Notes under the pieces: generated by a model
The model's database searches: none
The model's input: only the letters and a program-made list of their open reading frames with translations
Told to the model about the DNA's origin: nothing
Position numbers and translations under genes: made by a program
In this document: one piece after another, positions 1-10,332 of the stretch
How positions within the stretch are numbered: position 1 is the first letter of the stretch
Layout: every line of letters starts with the position of its first letter
IMG/VR virus record: IMGVR_UViG_3300003322_001263
Length of the DNA: 64,000 nt
Origin: an uncultured virus (IMG/VR IMGVR_UViG_3300003322_001263)
Lineage: Duplodnaviria; Heunggongvirae; Uroviricota; Caudoviricetes
Reading direction: 5' to 3' (one strand)

Positions 1-194
1 TATCAAATTCTTCTTCTGTCATCCATATGGGAGATATTGTGTATTCTGGCAATTCGTCGTCTGGCGTGGCATCGTTAAATTGATCTGACTCTGCACGTAT
101 AAACTCAATACACCCGTCAAGCGTCATGGTGTAGCTACTATCGCCGTCGCTTATAATATAATATTGTTTTATTGCGCTTGTCATAATACATTAT

Positions 195-554
195 TTAAAG
201 TTCGCAACCTAAATTGTTTTTCTCACGCGTGCCCGCCCTAACAGTAAAGCTTATGCACTCTGTTATTTGGGCTATCTTAAATTGCGCAGGGTTATTGCAT
301 GTGTTACCCTGCAAAAAGAACTGCATAGTAAATTCGCCACTAAATTCAGTCAGCAAACCGGCTGGCAAATCGGTGATAGGTATAGCAGGCACAAACCCGT
401 TAATGTCTGTTGTAAAGCCACCACTATATTGGCGGTTAAACTTATCGGTTATTACCCAATCGTATGTACTATTAGGTACTAATTGTGCATTAACTTGTAT
501 TTCGCTGCTGCACTTAACAAGGTAGTCCTCAAAGCAGCATATGCATGTATTCAT
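195..554 (-). CDS. Cys-rich hypothetical protein, probably virion-associated
   Basis: 119-aa ORF downstream of TerL; Cys-rich like the other structural ORFs. Confidence 0.55.
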   Translation of the reverse strand: MNTCICCFEDYLVKCSSEIQVNAQLVPNSTYDWVITDKFNRQYSGGFTTDINGFVPAIPITDLPAGLLTEFSGEFTMQFFLQGNTCNNPAQFKIAQITECISFTVRAGTREKNNLGCEL

Positions 555-691
555 TGTTGTTATGTTATTAATTTAAAAAATTGCACAAGCCAGTAAACCC
601 CCGTCTACCAATACCACAATCAAATTATGTTGATTCTTTAATTTAATTTATGGGTAGCTTGTGCAAATAAATTTAAAAACCGGCCGCTCTG

Positions 692-2179
692 CTAAGTTAG
701 CGTTTTTAAAACACCTTTATGAAAAGTATTTAGGTAGTACCTAAAATGATCCAAGTGGTCAGCGCGCTTCTTTGGATTAGTACGATCACCCTTATCAATC
801 TTGCCTGCATCGGTCACGCTTACGTTCTTGCAATCGTATATCAAATCTTTACATAAATCAGGGTGCATGCTAATGTTCATCCATTTTAAACAAGCATTAA
901 CCAGTACACGGTTCTCGTCTACCGGTGGATTAACCGTTGGTACTTTAATTTGCGCTTGACTCAAACCAAGTTGCTGCTTAATTACGGTGTAGTAATTAAT
1001 GGCATCTTTTGCAAGTGCATTGGTATGATTACCGGTGGCATCGCCCGTAACTAATAGCATAAACCCAACATAATTCACGCGAATGTATTCGCATAGCTTG
1101 TATATATCGCTATTAGCAAGCTTTATTGATTGTATGCATCGTATATCATTGCCTATATGCTGGTATACGCCACATGTAATTGGATTAATATTAAAGTCAA
1201 AGCTTAGGCATAATTCTAATCGCCTGTCTACCTTATTTACCTTCTTATGCTTATCGTCTTCATAGCAATAGCAATACGGGTCATCAACCTTGCGGTTACC
1301 CCATCGCCCATTAGTGAACACCGTTTCATAATAGGTGTCCAACAATGCCATGCGCAATAAAATGGCTATGCGTTCGGGCGGGCAATATGGGTTATCCATG
1401 TACGTTGTCCATGTGCAACGATACGTGAATACTGCCTCGTGTTCTGGTATAACCTTGCCGCCCCTGCCTACGCGCGCGGGTATAATTGTTTTCCATTCAC
1501 CACGGAAGCGGCCATACATTACATCTTTATGTTCTTCAAAGAACATGGTATATAACCAAAATTCTTGATAATCGCCGTCGCATTCCGGGTTAAAACTCAT
1601 CCACGTCTTTACGCGTGCTACATTGGTGCGCAACGAAGTAATGATAACTATAAAGTCATCACGGTCTAGCTGATTGCCTTCCTCAATCCAACAATGGCTT
1701 GGGTTACTAACCGATTTAAGCTTACCGGGATCATCCATACCACGACAAATAAATTTGTTCCCGTTAGTACATTCAATTTCTAATGGGCTTTCTTTAAACT
1801 TGAATAGGTGATCCACCCCCCATTCAACAGCTATATCCTTTATTTGTTGCCATTGGCTATCGTGTATTGTATTGAATACCTTACGTACAAGTATACATCG
1901 GAAGTATGGTAGCGTTAAACAATCAACAATAAGCCGCATGGCGATGTGTCGGGTCTTACCACTATCGCGGCCACCCCATAAAAAATCTATATCAGGTTCT
2001 GGGCCAATTGCCTTAGCAATACTTTCAATAAGGTTACCTTCCGCGTCTACAAATAATTGCGGCGGTATGCTGTATTTATAACAGCGCAAAAATATATCAG
2101 GCGTTATTTCTAAATTGATTTCGTTGTTACCCAATCTCAAGTATATCGTCCTCCTGTGGCGGCGGTTCTTCGTCTTCAA
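692..2179 (-). CDS. terL: Terminase large subunit (PBSX-like); start uncertain (TTG at 2179, 2140 or 2134)
   Basis: Walker A GGRDSGKT, Walker B WIEEGNQ, MSFNP coupling motif, C-terminal nuclease SFDFN...DHLDHFRY. Confidence 0.93.
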   Translation of the reverse strand: MKTKNRRHRRTIYLRLGNNEINLEITPDIFLRCYKYSIPPQLFVDAEGNLIESIAKAIGPEPDIDFLWGGRDSGKTRHIAMRLIVDCLTLPYFRCILVRKVFNTIHDSQWQQIKDIAVEWGVDHLFKFKESPLEIECTNGNKFICRGMDDPGKLKSVSNPSHCWIEEGNQLDRDDFIVIITSLRTNVARVKTWMSFNPECDGDYQEFWLYTMFFEEHKDVMYGRFRGEWKTIIPARVGRGGKVIPEHEAVFTYRCTWTTYMDNPYCPPERIAILLRMALLDTYYETVFTNGRWGNRKVDDPYCYCYEDDKHKKVNKVDRRLELCLSFDFNINPITCGVYQHIGNDIRCIQSIKLANSDIYKLCEYIRVNYVGFMLLVTGDATGNHTNALAKDAINYYTVIKQQLGLSQAQIKVPTVNPPVDENRVLVNACLKWMNISMHPDLCKDLIYDCKNVSVTDAGKIDKGDRTNPKKRADHLDHFRYYLNTFHKGVLKTLT

Positions 2180-2687
2180 AAAAGAAGTTAGCTATATTTT
2201 GCACGGTGCCAATCTTAATGATTGTTTGCTTTTGCTTATTATCTAATTCATAGTAGCCTATATGTTTAGCAAGGTTTTCTGCTGCGCGTATCGCGCCTGC
2301 GCTATCAAATGTATATAGCAGTTGCCCATCTTGGGTGGCTTGCACCATTTCACCACGGTCGTAATCGTAGCGCATAACCGGCTGCGCTTGCATACATCGG
2401 TCAAGTATTTCTTTGAATTTCTGAGTTATCCATACGTCGTCAACTTCAGTTGCTAATCTGCGTTTAGCTGCTATGTGTTTCTTTTCTTCCTCAAAATATT
2501 TTACTATTCTAGGATTACGCATCAAACGCCATGCTACAACATGCATCCCGTTCTTGCCTCCTTTCCAACCAAGTTCTTCAGCGGCTTCTTTTGGATCTTT
2601 ACCGCCTAAGACAAGATTTGCGAAAGCAAATTCTTTATTGTTTAACGTTTCCCTTTTAACCGTTTTGTTCTTTTTAGTTCCTGCCAT
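2127..2687 (-). CDS. terS: Terminase small subunit
   Basis: N-terminal HTH (KEAAEELGW...AWRLMRNPRI), FDSAGAIRAAENLAKHIG motif, directly upstream of TerL. Confidence 0.85.
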   Translation of the reverse strand: MAGTKKNKTVKRETLNNKEFAFANLVLGGKDPKEAAEELGWKGGKNGMHVVAWRLMRNPRIVKYFEEEKKHIAAKRRLATEVDDVWITQKFKEILDRCMQAQPVMRYDYDRGEMVQATQDGQLLYTFDSAGAIRAAENLAKHIGYYELDNKQKQTIIKIGTVQNIANFFFEDEEPPPQEDDILEIG

Positions 2688-3133
2688 GCTTGTTCATGCT
2701 CCTCTTTCCAGATTTGTTTTGCAATGTGTAATGTTGGTTCAACAATAGTTTTTACTACCTCCATAAATTCATCTTCCATGCGGATCACATAGAACTTATG
2801 GCCAAGTTTTGCCATGCGCCATTGAAATAATATTTGTTTATCGCTTAGGTCGTCCCTGCCGACTTTAAATTCAAACCAGTGTGTGGCGGGGTAAATAATT
2901 GGGCTACCTACAACATTATGGTAATTGAACCAGTGCAGCACCATATCCCAAACGCCGGGCGTCACGCCAAGGGCTTCGTATTGCTTCCAACGGGCCACGT
3001 TACCGGCATGCATGTCGTTAGGTATGCAAATTAGTCTTTGGTCAAGATATGGGAAGTATAAACGCGAAGCGCGCTTCCAGCATTCGCTTTGTAACTGATC
3101 ATGTGTTTGCCCTGCGGCGTTAGTGTTAGCCAT
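2642..3133 (-). CDS. VRR-NUC family PD-(D/E)xK nuclease
   Basis: GVTPGVWDMVL...FEFKVGRDDLSDKQ motif. Confidence 0.8.
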   Translation of the reverse strand: MANTNAAGQTHDQLQSECWKRASRLYFPYLDQRLICIPNDMHAGNVARWKQYEALGVTPGVWDMVLHWFNYHNVVGSPIIYPATHWFEFKVGRDDLSDKQILFQWRMAKLGHKFYVIRMEDEFMEVVKTIVEPTLHIAKQIWKEEHEQAWQELKRTKRLKGKR

Positions 3134-3184
3134 ATGCAATATTAAGCAATTTGCAAAATAAAATTGTATAAGTGCTTATACGAT

Positions 3185-3566
3185 TGTAACAAACTTTTGA
3201 ACTTTGTTACAAACTTTGTTACATCCGTAATCCGCTCCTGTGGCGGATGTAACAGAATTATGACTCTGTAACAAACTTTTTTCGTATTAATTAATATTAT
3301 TTGGGCTGAAGATTTGAAAAAAGTTCGGGAGTCTTTTTTTATAAAAAAATAGCTATTTGTTATAAGTAAATAGCTATTTTTATAAAAAAATAATGTCCCA
3401 AGTTTTTTGGGTCTCAATACGGCTAATAGTATAAACTTTCAGACATAAATTCTGTTACACTGTTACTTTTTCTACTATTGCATATATAAAACAATAATTA
3501 TTAACTATTTATACTGTAACAAAAATGGAAAAAAATTCTGTTACTGTAACAAAAAATTCCGTTACA
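3185..3566. repeat. Iteron-like TGTAAC/GTTAC(A) cluster in AT-rich DNA; candidate replication origin
   Basis: About 11 copies in both orientations; tandem AACTTTGTTACA at 3200-3223; palindrome AAATAGCTATTT at 3347-3358 and 3368-3379. Confidence 0.6.
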
Positions 3567-4076
3567 AACGCCCTTTTTGACGCCCGTTTTATTGAATTAT
3601 ATAATTATGATATATGGAAATTTCTAACGGACTTTTTTGAAAAAAATCCCTACGACAATTTTCATATTACAAATAATATTGGTGTGTATAATGTCAGCCC
3701 AAATAAATTTAATAAAGCATTGCGTTTTTGGCTACAACATCGCGGATTTGACTACATGGAAACTACTAAACATGGCATACCTGTTAAGAAAATAATATTT
3801 GCAATACCTATACATTGCCGTGGTACTTATGAACAAACCGTATACGCCAATTTGCAAGATTTTTTAAATAGCATTTCTGCAACCACATTAAAAAAATATG
3901 GTAGGGTGCAAAAGAAATTGCTTTTGCAAGCATACAAGCAGTTTAATAAATTAAATAAAGTAGAAGAAATATATACCGTTAATGATTATGAAGCACTGCA
4001 AGCAATAATAAATAAAATTGAGCGTGCCGGTGGTTTTATTATTCAGCACGCTCAAGAAATACAATGGAAGTATTAA
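3525..4076 (+). CDS. Hypothetical protein
   Basis: 183-aa ORF convergent with the primase gene; its N-terminus is encoded by the repeats. Confidence 0.5.
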   Translation: MEKNSVTVTKNSVTNALFDARFIELYNYDIWKFLTDFFEKNPYDNFHITNNIGVYNVSPNKFNKALRFWLQHRGFDYMETTKHGIPVKKIIFAIPIHCRGTYEQTVYANLQDFLNSISATTLKKYGRVQKKLLLQAYKQFNKLNKVEEIYTVNDYEALQAIINKIERAGGFIIQHAQEIQWKY

Positions 4077-6649
4077 AATGACGGGTCTTCAAGTTCAAAC
4101 TTGCGGCCACGTTCAACGTTCAATCCATCACGTTGTAGAGCATCTTTTGTATATTTTACATTAAAATGCCTGCACCATTCTTCCAACGCTTTGTTGATGC
4201 GTGGCATCTTAGGGCGAAATTTGTCAAACGCGCCAATGCCTAAATCGGCAAAGTAATCGTCAAGTTGTTTCTTAAATTCCGCATTACTAATAAACTTATC
4301 ACGCCATTCATGCCAAAAGTGTATAATTAAATCATATGTATATTGCCCATACGTTTGTGCAAATTGTTTTTCCCATCCGCTGCCGGTAAGCTCTACCGGG
4401 CGCAGCTTAAGCCCTTCTTGCATCCACACCATTACACTGCTACAAATAAAATTATCATAATCTTGCCAGTCTTGGGTGCCCCAATCGTCCGGGAACATCT
4501 TGCCGTAATGCCTGTCCACACCACCGCATTCAGTAAAGAAGTTGGTAAATTCTAATGCGATAATCCTTCTCCGTAAACCACCATCTAAAACTTCATAACT
4601 ATAATTGGTAAGCACTATGAATTTAGGTACGTCCTGAACATCTAAGTTCTTTTCGTCTTTAAACAAGTTCTTTACAAGCGCCTTGCCGCTTGCTGGTTCT
4701 TTAAGCATTTCAAAATCAAAATCTTTCTTTACATCACTAAGTGCGTAAAGCTTTTCTCCACGCCATGCTTGCAAAAGTGTAGTGCCATCAAAATTTCTTT
4801 TTTGTCCAGCGGCAACACTATTATAGGTTGTTGTATGCTTAAGCAGTTCGCAAAACAGGTTCTTTCCGCTACCACCGCCATCTTTAGGATCTACACATTG
4901 TTCAACAAGCACAACAATGTAGGCCATACTTGCGTCTTTATAATCGTGCGCAAGCCAACCTATCGTGCGCATAATATGATTACGCTGCACGCTAAGATTG
5001 CAAGCACGTTCAAGAAAGTCAGTATATAATGCCGGTGTGCAATATTGACTTCCATTGTCACCGCATTCAGCAATATTAATATTATAAGCACTAAATTGCC
5101 TCTGTTGAATTTTTTCATGCCAAATAAGTTGATTTTCGTTAAGTGTGTCGTAGCTTAATAAATCATATCCTGTGGGTGTAATAAGCACATAGCCATTTTG
5201 GTAAAATTTATAACATGTGCTGCGGGTATCGTTAAGCACTTGCTCAATTGTAAGGAACGGTAACCTTGTTAAACAGAACTTACCGTGCTTCTCAATAAAG
5301 ACCTCATAAGCATTATATATTTCTTCATATATGTTTGGGTTATCGTGCTTAATATATGCCTGCATGGCATCATAAAAATAGCGTGCGTCGCGCCGGTATA
5401 TAAATTGTTGTACTATTTGCACAACTTCATCGTTATGCAGCCTAAAACCTAATAATTCAGCAACGGTATCAAATTTTAGGCGGCTTATATTTATTTTACC
5501 TTCGTCGTCCTCTTCCCAGTAAATACCATGTGGAAACATTTCCTGCGCCTGCGCTATAAGCTGCTCGTATTCTTGAACGGCCTGCGGGCTGGCATTAGTT
5601 GGCATGGGCGCGCCTTGGGTGGCTTTACGCCGGGCTATTTGACGTTCTATTGCTGGTTTTATACGGCCATACCCCAAGGATACAAGATGTGCATAAGTAG
5701 CACCCTTATCGTCATTAAAAGCATAATGGGATAAAATAGTGCTGGGGGTGTAACTACGCTCACTATCCAAATCTGCTTTAGTTCCCCAAACTCTATAAGT
5801 ACATTTAAGTGTATTAAATCCGGCATGGACTTCACCGCGGCGACCGCCCGGCCTAGTAAACCAAACGTAATCGCCATGCTTGCGCACGTAAGTCCATCCA
5901 TAAGTGGTAAGCAGTTCCACAGGATCAACCGTTCGGTTGTAGTGTTCAAATGGATTTTCGTCATAATAGTTTAATTCACTTTTTGGTGGCGTATATGGTT
6001 TTTCGTCTGGAAAGTATTCGTTATATGCTTTGCAAAATTCAATAATGGCGCAGCGTTCTTCCCAAGTAATGGTTTGTATACTTATATTGTTAAGTACAGC
6101 ATAGCCAAGGCTGGGAGGCGCTGTTGCAAGGCCACCGGTGCCGCGGGTTTCAATATAGGTAACGTACTTCTTTTTATTATTTGGTGCCGCATCAATCTCC
6201 GCCTGCGATTTTGTTCTATTTGCAAGGTGCGTACTTGCGGGCACTTCTTGGTCCGCAATGCGGTATACTAAATGCACGCCGCCGCTGCGGGTGCGATGCC
6301 TGCGTAACTTTGCGTATATATCCGGGAACATGGCTTCCATTGCGGTAAGCACAATGGCATCTATGCCGGGGTAATACTTTGTATCAAAATCTATAACTTC
6401 AAGATTGCCACTAACGGCACCGCATACCATAGCAATGGCTGTGGTGTCGTACTTGTTTGCCATTTGATCAAACAATATGGCGCGGTCAATAAATTCATAT
6501 TGATATTGCTTCCATTCAGCGTAGGGAGTTTTGGCTTCATACAGTTTACCTTTGTAAATATCGTCTTTGTCACGAACGGGAATTAGATTAATACCGTGGT
6601 CAAGAAGTTGTTCTATTTCCTGCCACACATTGCGCAGGCTTTCGCTCAT
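4073..6649 (-). CDS. Bifunctional primase-polymerase (Prim-Pol) fused to a P-loop helicase
   Basis: VIDFD and RTRSGGVHLVY AEP motifs, IETRGTGG; C-terminal Walker A GGGSGKNLF and LRRRII. Confidence 0.88.
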   Translation of the reverse strand: MSESLRNVWQEIEQLLDHGINLIPVRDKDDIYKGKLYEAKTPYAEWKQYQYEFIDRAILFDQMANKYDTTAIAMVCGAVSGNLEVIDFDTKYYPGIDAIVLTAMEAMFPDIYAKLRRHRTRSGGVHLVYRIADQEVPASTHLANRTKSQAEIDAAPNNKKKYVTYIETRGTGGLATAPPSLGYAVLNNISIQTITWEERCAIIEFCKAYNEYFPDEKPYTPPKSELNYYDENPFEHYNRTVDPVELLTTYGWTYVRKHGDYVWFTRPGGRRGEVHAGFNTLKCTYRVWGTKADLDSERSYTPSTILSHYAFNDDKGATYAHLVSLGYGRIKPAIERQIARRKATQGAPMPTNASPQAVQEYEQLIAQAQEMFPHGIYWEEDDEGKINISRLKFDTVAELLGFRLHNDEVVQIVQQFIYRRDARYFYDAMQAYIKHDNPNIYEEIYNAYEVFIEKHGKFCLTRLPFLTIEQVLNDTRSTCYKFYQNGYVLITPTGYDLLSYDTLNENQLIWHEKIQQRQFSAYNINIAECGDNGSQYCTPALYTDFLERACNLSVQRNHIMRTIGWLAHDYKDASMAYIVVLVEQCVDPKDGGGSGKNLFCELLKHTTTYNSVAAGQKRNFDGTTLLQAWRGEKLYALSDVKKDFDFEMLKEPASGKALVKNLFKDEKNLDVQDVPKFIVLTNYSYEVLDGGLRRRIIALEFTNFFTECGGVDRHYGKMFPDDWGTQDWQDYDNFICSSVMVWMQEGLKLRPVELTGSGWEKQFAQTYGQYTYDLIIHFWHEWRDKFISNAEFKKQLDDYFADLGIGAFDKFRPKMPRINKALEEWCRHFNVKYTKDALQRDGLNVERGRKFELEDPSF

Positions 6650-6858
6650 TTTTTATTGTTCCTTCTTGCGTATTGTTTTATAGGTTGACCGTTTTTCTTT
6701 TTAAATTTACAGTTAATGCATATATCTTGCTTATGTGAATACACCCAGCCACTTGAACGCGCCATTATGCGCAATGTTGCCGTGTTTAAGAATTTATATT
6801 GTAAAGGTGGTCGCCATTCGGCGCCGCATTTATTACAAACAATAACAATTATTGTCAT
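6646..6858 (-). CDS. Small zinc-finger protein
   Basis: CNKC...CINC; 4-nt overlap with the primase gene. Confidence 0.55.
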   Translation of the reverse strand: MTIIVIVCNKCGAEWRPPLQYKFLNTATLRIMARSSGWVYSHKQDICINCKFKKKNGQPIKQYARRNNKK

Positions 6859-6866
6859 GGCCTTAC

Positions 6867-8414
6867 CTATTTTAATATAGTGTCACGAATATCTAATGCA
6901 TCTTTTTGTTGTTTTGGCAAGCTATCATATTGGTCAAGCTGTATTCTACTCCAACTAGGCTTATAACTCATATGCCTACCGTATTCTTTTATAAACTCGC
7001 GATTACCATTTTTTGCATGCCATTTACAAACTATTTGGGCAAAGCCTTTTTTGCCCTTACATTTTGCATAATCACTAAGCTCCTTTGGCGTTAACTCTTT
7101 AATATTTTTACCAACTAATCTATTATAGGCGGCATTTACTTCTACAAGTACAGTATCAATTGCCTCTTCCGGTTCATCTGTATTTATGCTTTGCCAAATA
7201 TACCCACAATTAACACATACTTTAGCTTGTGCATTGTTTATAAAATCACATATTGGGCAACGTTTAATAGGGCTTACACCCGCCTTTTTTGGTTTGCTGC
7301 GCCATAGCGTTTGCCATTCGCGTTCGTAATCCCAAGGCCAATGTTTTTTGCAATTCTGTCCATAATCAAAAACATAAAAGCACTTTTTTTTACGTTGTTC
7401 AATTGGTAAGGCAATGTCTTCTTCAAGCACACGGCTACCACGGCCAATCATTTGCAAATAAAGCGGCAAGCTACTTGTTTTGCGTAATAGGCCAATAAAA
7501 TCAATTGGCGGGAAGTCAAATCCTTTAGTAAGTATACCAACACTAATACATACGCGCGCTGGGCCGTTTGTAAATAGCATTAAATTGTAGGCTTCTCGGT
7601 GGCTACCTAACCCACTATGCACCTCAACGCAATCAATACTAGCGGCACGCAGGCGTTCCGCCGTTTGTGTGCAATGTTTTATACTACTTGTAAATATTAA
7701 TGCTTTGTTCCATTTGAAGGCCGGGTTGGTAAGATCGTCAATTATGCCATCGTATACGGCATCGGTACTAAAAACAAGTTCTTGGCTTGCTTCAGTATAT
7801 TCGCCGGTACGGTCGGTTTCAAGTTGATCAATGTTAGCGCGTTGCCGTTCCCAGTGTTTATATGGGCTAAGAAAGCCATCCAATACAAGTTCGTGCGGTT
7901 GCGGGCCAACCACCAAATGGTTATACAGTTTAACCAAGTGTTTACCCATTGGGCTACCGCTAAAACCTATCAGATATGCATTTGGTAATTGCATTAAAAT
8001 CCCTGTAGCCTCGTTTATATGGCATTCATCATTTATTATAAGTAAACCGCCATGTTCGGGCGTAACATCGTTGCTTAAGCCTATAAACTGGTCTATGAGC
8101 GATTGCCTGCGCCGCAGTGTTTGCGCCATAGCCAAATAAATGCGATGTTGCACTATTGGGGGCTTACTGCCGGGTTTAATTTCAAAGGCATGTACTTCGG
8201 CGATTAGCTGTTTATAGATCTTGCGGCTTTCAGTTATAACCAATACAGTTAAGCCCTTTTTAACGGCGTTAGCCGCGATTGTTAAAAAGGTCTTACTTTT
8301 ACCCGCGCCGGTAGCCGCGCAGCCTATAACGCGCCTGTGCGTCTTTACAGCTAAGGCCAATTCACGGTTGAATTGAACTTGGTATGGGCGTAAGCTAAAT
8401 TCCTTTTTTAACAT
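6867..8414 (-). CDS. SF2 DExH helicase with C-terminal zinc ribbon (RadD/YejH-like)
   Basis: LRPYQ, ATGAGKS, DECH, SGSP, QMIGRGSR, CPIC/CVNC. Confidence 0.92.
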   Translation of the reverse strand: MLKKEFSLRPYQVQFNRELALAVKTHRRVIGCAATGAGKSKTFLTIAANAVKKGLTVLVITESRKIYKQLIAEVHAFEIKPGSKPPIVQHRIYLAMAQTLRRRQSLIDQFIGLSNDVTPEHGGLLIINDECHINEATGILMQLPNAYLIGFSGSPMGKHLVKLYNHLVVGPQPHELVLDGFLSPYKHWERQRANIDQLETDRTGEYTEASQELVFSTDAVYDGIIDDLTNPAFKWNKALIFTSSIKHCTQTAERLRAASIDCVEVHSGLGSHREAYNLMLFTNGPARVCISVGILTKGFDFPPIDFIGLLRKTSSLPLYLQMIGRGSRVLEEDIALPIEQRKKKCFYVFDYGQNCKKHWPWDYEREWQTLWRSKPKKAGVSPIKRCPICDFINNAQAKVCVNCGYIWQSINTDEPEEAIDTVLVEVNAAYNRLVGKNIKELTPKELSDYAKCKGKKGFAQIVCKWHAKNGNREFIKEYGRHMSYKPSWSRIQLDQYDSLPKQQKDALDIRDTILK

Positions 8415-9121
8415 AAGCCTTCAAATAGATTAGGTGTATTCTCTTTTGTAAATAATGTACTATTAACTCCAATATTAAATCGCTTTTCTTGTGCTTGAAA
8501 ATATTCTTCATCTATTTCATAGCCCCAAAAATCAAATCCTAAGTTTTTTGCGGCTATGCGGCTGCTGCCACTGCCAAGATGCGTGTCAAGTATTTTATCG
8601 CCGGGCTTGGCATAATTTTGCAAAATCATTAAATATAAATTGACAGGTTTTTGCGTTGGGTGTATACGCTTTTCTTTATTTTTCATATCCCCCTGAATCA
8701 TCCCATTATATTTGTAGGTTATTTTTTTTACAACAGTTTTAAATGAAGTCCATGCTAACTCGCAATCTGCATATTTGCCAGAATTAAGCTTATCCCAGAC
8801 AATCCAACAACTGCTGTTTTTATTTATTTTTTCTATAAAATGATTTGCGCCCCATATAATTTGATTTTTTGATACTCTAAAAAGTTCTTCAAAATATATT
8901 GCGTCAGGCGGCGATATATCCCAATTAGACTTTTTATACCTTTTTATTCTAAATGATTTTGATCCTGACTTGCGCATATAGTTTTCACTTCCAATAGCAG
9001 TGTTTTTTGACATATTAATCCCATATGGTGGATCAACAATTGCCAAGTCGAAAAATTTATCAGGAAATTCTGCCATTGCAATCATGCAATCTTTATTTTC
9101 TGCTATACTAATCATCCCCAT
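8408..9121 (-). CDS. DNA amino-methyltransferase (N6A/N4C, beta class)
   Basis: DPPY, HPTQKP, LDTHLGSGS. Confidence 0.92.
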   Translation of the reverse strand: MGMISIAENKDCMIAMAEFPDKFFDLAIVDPPYGINMSKNTAIGSENYMRKSGSKSFRIKRYKKSNWDISPPDAIYFEELFRVSKNQIIWGANHFIEKINKNSSCWIVWDKLNSGKYADCELAWTSFKTVVKKITYKYNGMIQGDMKNKEKRIHPTQKPVNLYLMILQNYAKPGDKILDTHLGSGSSRIAAKNLGFDFWGYEIDEEYFQAQEKRFNIGVNSTLFTKENTPNLFEGLC

Positions 9122-9422
9122 AAAGTTTATATTTAGTACAAAACCGCAATATAGCCGGTAACGTACAAAAATTATATAGCTGCCCTTCCATCTTATTATA
9201 TTGCTTAATATAGTGCTGACCTTTTTTGATCACCCAATTGTTTGCCTTTAACTGCGCAATAGCACGCAGTTCATGGAACTTAATCTTGCGTATGCGGCCA
9301 ATGCGGTCGCCAGGGAAATAACCTGCACGTATATATTCCATTGCCTCCTGTATAAATTCTGCGCTGTCGTCGTGGCGGTCAAACCGGGCTTTTCTTGTTT
9401 CGGCTGCTATTAATTGAACCAT
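9108..9422 (-). CDS. Hypothetical protein
   Basis: 104-aa ORF overlapping both neighbours. Confidence 0.55.
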   Translation of the reverse strand: MVQLIAAETRKARFDRHDDSAEFIQEAMEYIRAGYFPGDRIGRIRKIKFHELRAIAQLKANNWVIKKGQHYIKQYNKMEGQLYNFCTLPAILRFCTKYKLYGDD

Positions 9423-9970
9423 TATGAATGTAAAAATTGTTTTAATAAAAATAATGCACGTGCATAGCGTTTTTTAACTGTGCTTAATTCCACTTTTAAA
9501 GCAGTTGATATTTCGATAAACTTTAAATCGCCTAACCATCGCAATTTAAAAACTTGCTTGTGGTGGTTTGGCAATGCCTCAATACCATGATATAGGCGTT
9601 CTATTATTGCAGCTTCTTTATCTATGGCTTCAAATACTTCTGGCTGCTGTTGTATTTCCTGAATATAACGTAAAAGTATATGATCCTTCTTCTTGTTATA
9701 AATATTTACATGCCTTAAATGATCTATACAGTTGTTGCGTATTGTATGCCTTACCCATGTAGCAAGTTGTGCCGGGGTTTGAAAGCACATTGTGCCGCTC
9801 AATTGCCATAGTTTGGCAAAGCATTCGCTGCGCATATCCTTAGCTTCTTCTTCATCGTGGGTGTATTTTAATGCAACTAAAAAAGCTACTGTATAATAAT
9901 CGTTGTAAACTTTTTCAAAGGCGCGGGCATCACCTTTATTAAAGTTCTTTAATGTTTTAAGGTCTATCAT
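9422..9970 (-). CDS. ECF sigma-70 factor 1
   Basis: GDARAFEKVY, EEAKD, RNNCIDHLRH (region 2); LP..HKQVF...EIS..L.VELSTVK (region 4). Confidence 0.88.
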   Translation of the reverse strand: MIDLKTLKNFNKGDARAFEKVYNDYYTVAFLVALKYTHDEEEAKDMRSECFAKLWQLSGTMCFQTPAQLATWVRHTIRNNCIDHLRHVNIYNKKKDHILLRYIQEIQQQPEVFEAIDKEAAIIERLYHGIEALPNHHKQVFKLRWLGDLKFIEISTALKVELSTVKKRYARALFLLKQFLHS

Positions 9971-10024
9971 AAATTTATTTTTTTACAAGTTACTGGTCTC
10001 CTTTTTATATTTTTTAGTTTGGAT

Positions 10025-10050
10025 AAAAAACCCACTGTAGAAACAGCGGG
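10025..10050 (-). terminator. Hairpin with TTTCTA loop and U-tract
   Basis: Minus strand CCCGCTG-TTTCTA-CAGTGGG-TTTTTT. Confidence 0.7.
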
Positions 10051-10094
10051 TTATAACGAAAATATATGCCTAAATACAAATACAAAAGCAATTT

Positions 10095-10313
10095 TTATTT
10101 TAATCTATTAAGTACATTTATTACCTGTTGCAAGGGTACCACCATTGCAAGTTTTTCTAATGCGTCTACAAGTTCATTAACGGTTATACTACTTCCGGGC
10201 TGTACATAAATAGTCATGCTGCCAATGCCGAAATCTATTGTTGTTGTATTTGGCTTTTGTTTATGCACTGGCAAACTGCCGGGCATGCCATCAATCCTTA
10301 ATTGCTGCGCCAT
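10095..10313 (-). CDS. Hypothetical protein
   Basis: 72-aa ORF in operon orientation. Confidence 0.5.
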   Translation of the reverse strand: MAQQLRIDGMPGSLPVHKQKPNTTTIDFGIGSMTIYVQPGSSITVNELVDALEKLAMVVPLQQVINVLNRLK

Positions 10314-10332
10314 ATTTTTGAATTATATATTT

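Noticed and set aside
3142..3417. 91-aa ORF
   Set aside because: TTG start, low-complexity translation of the AT-rich repeat region
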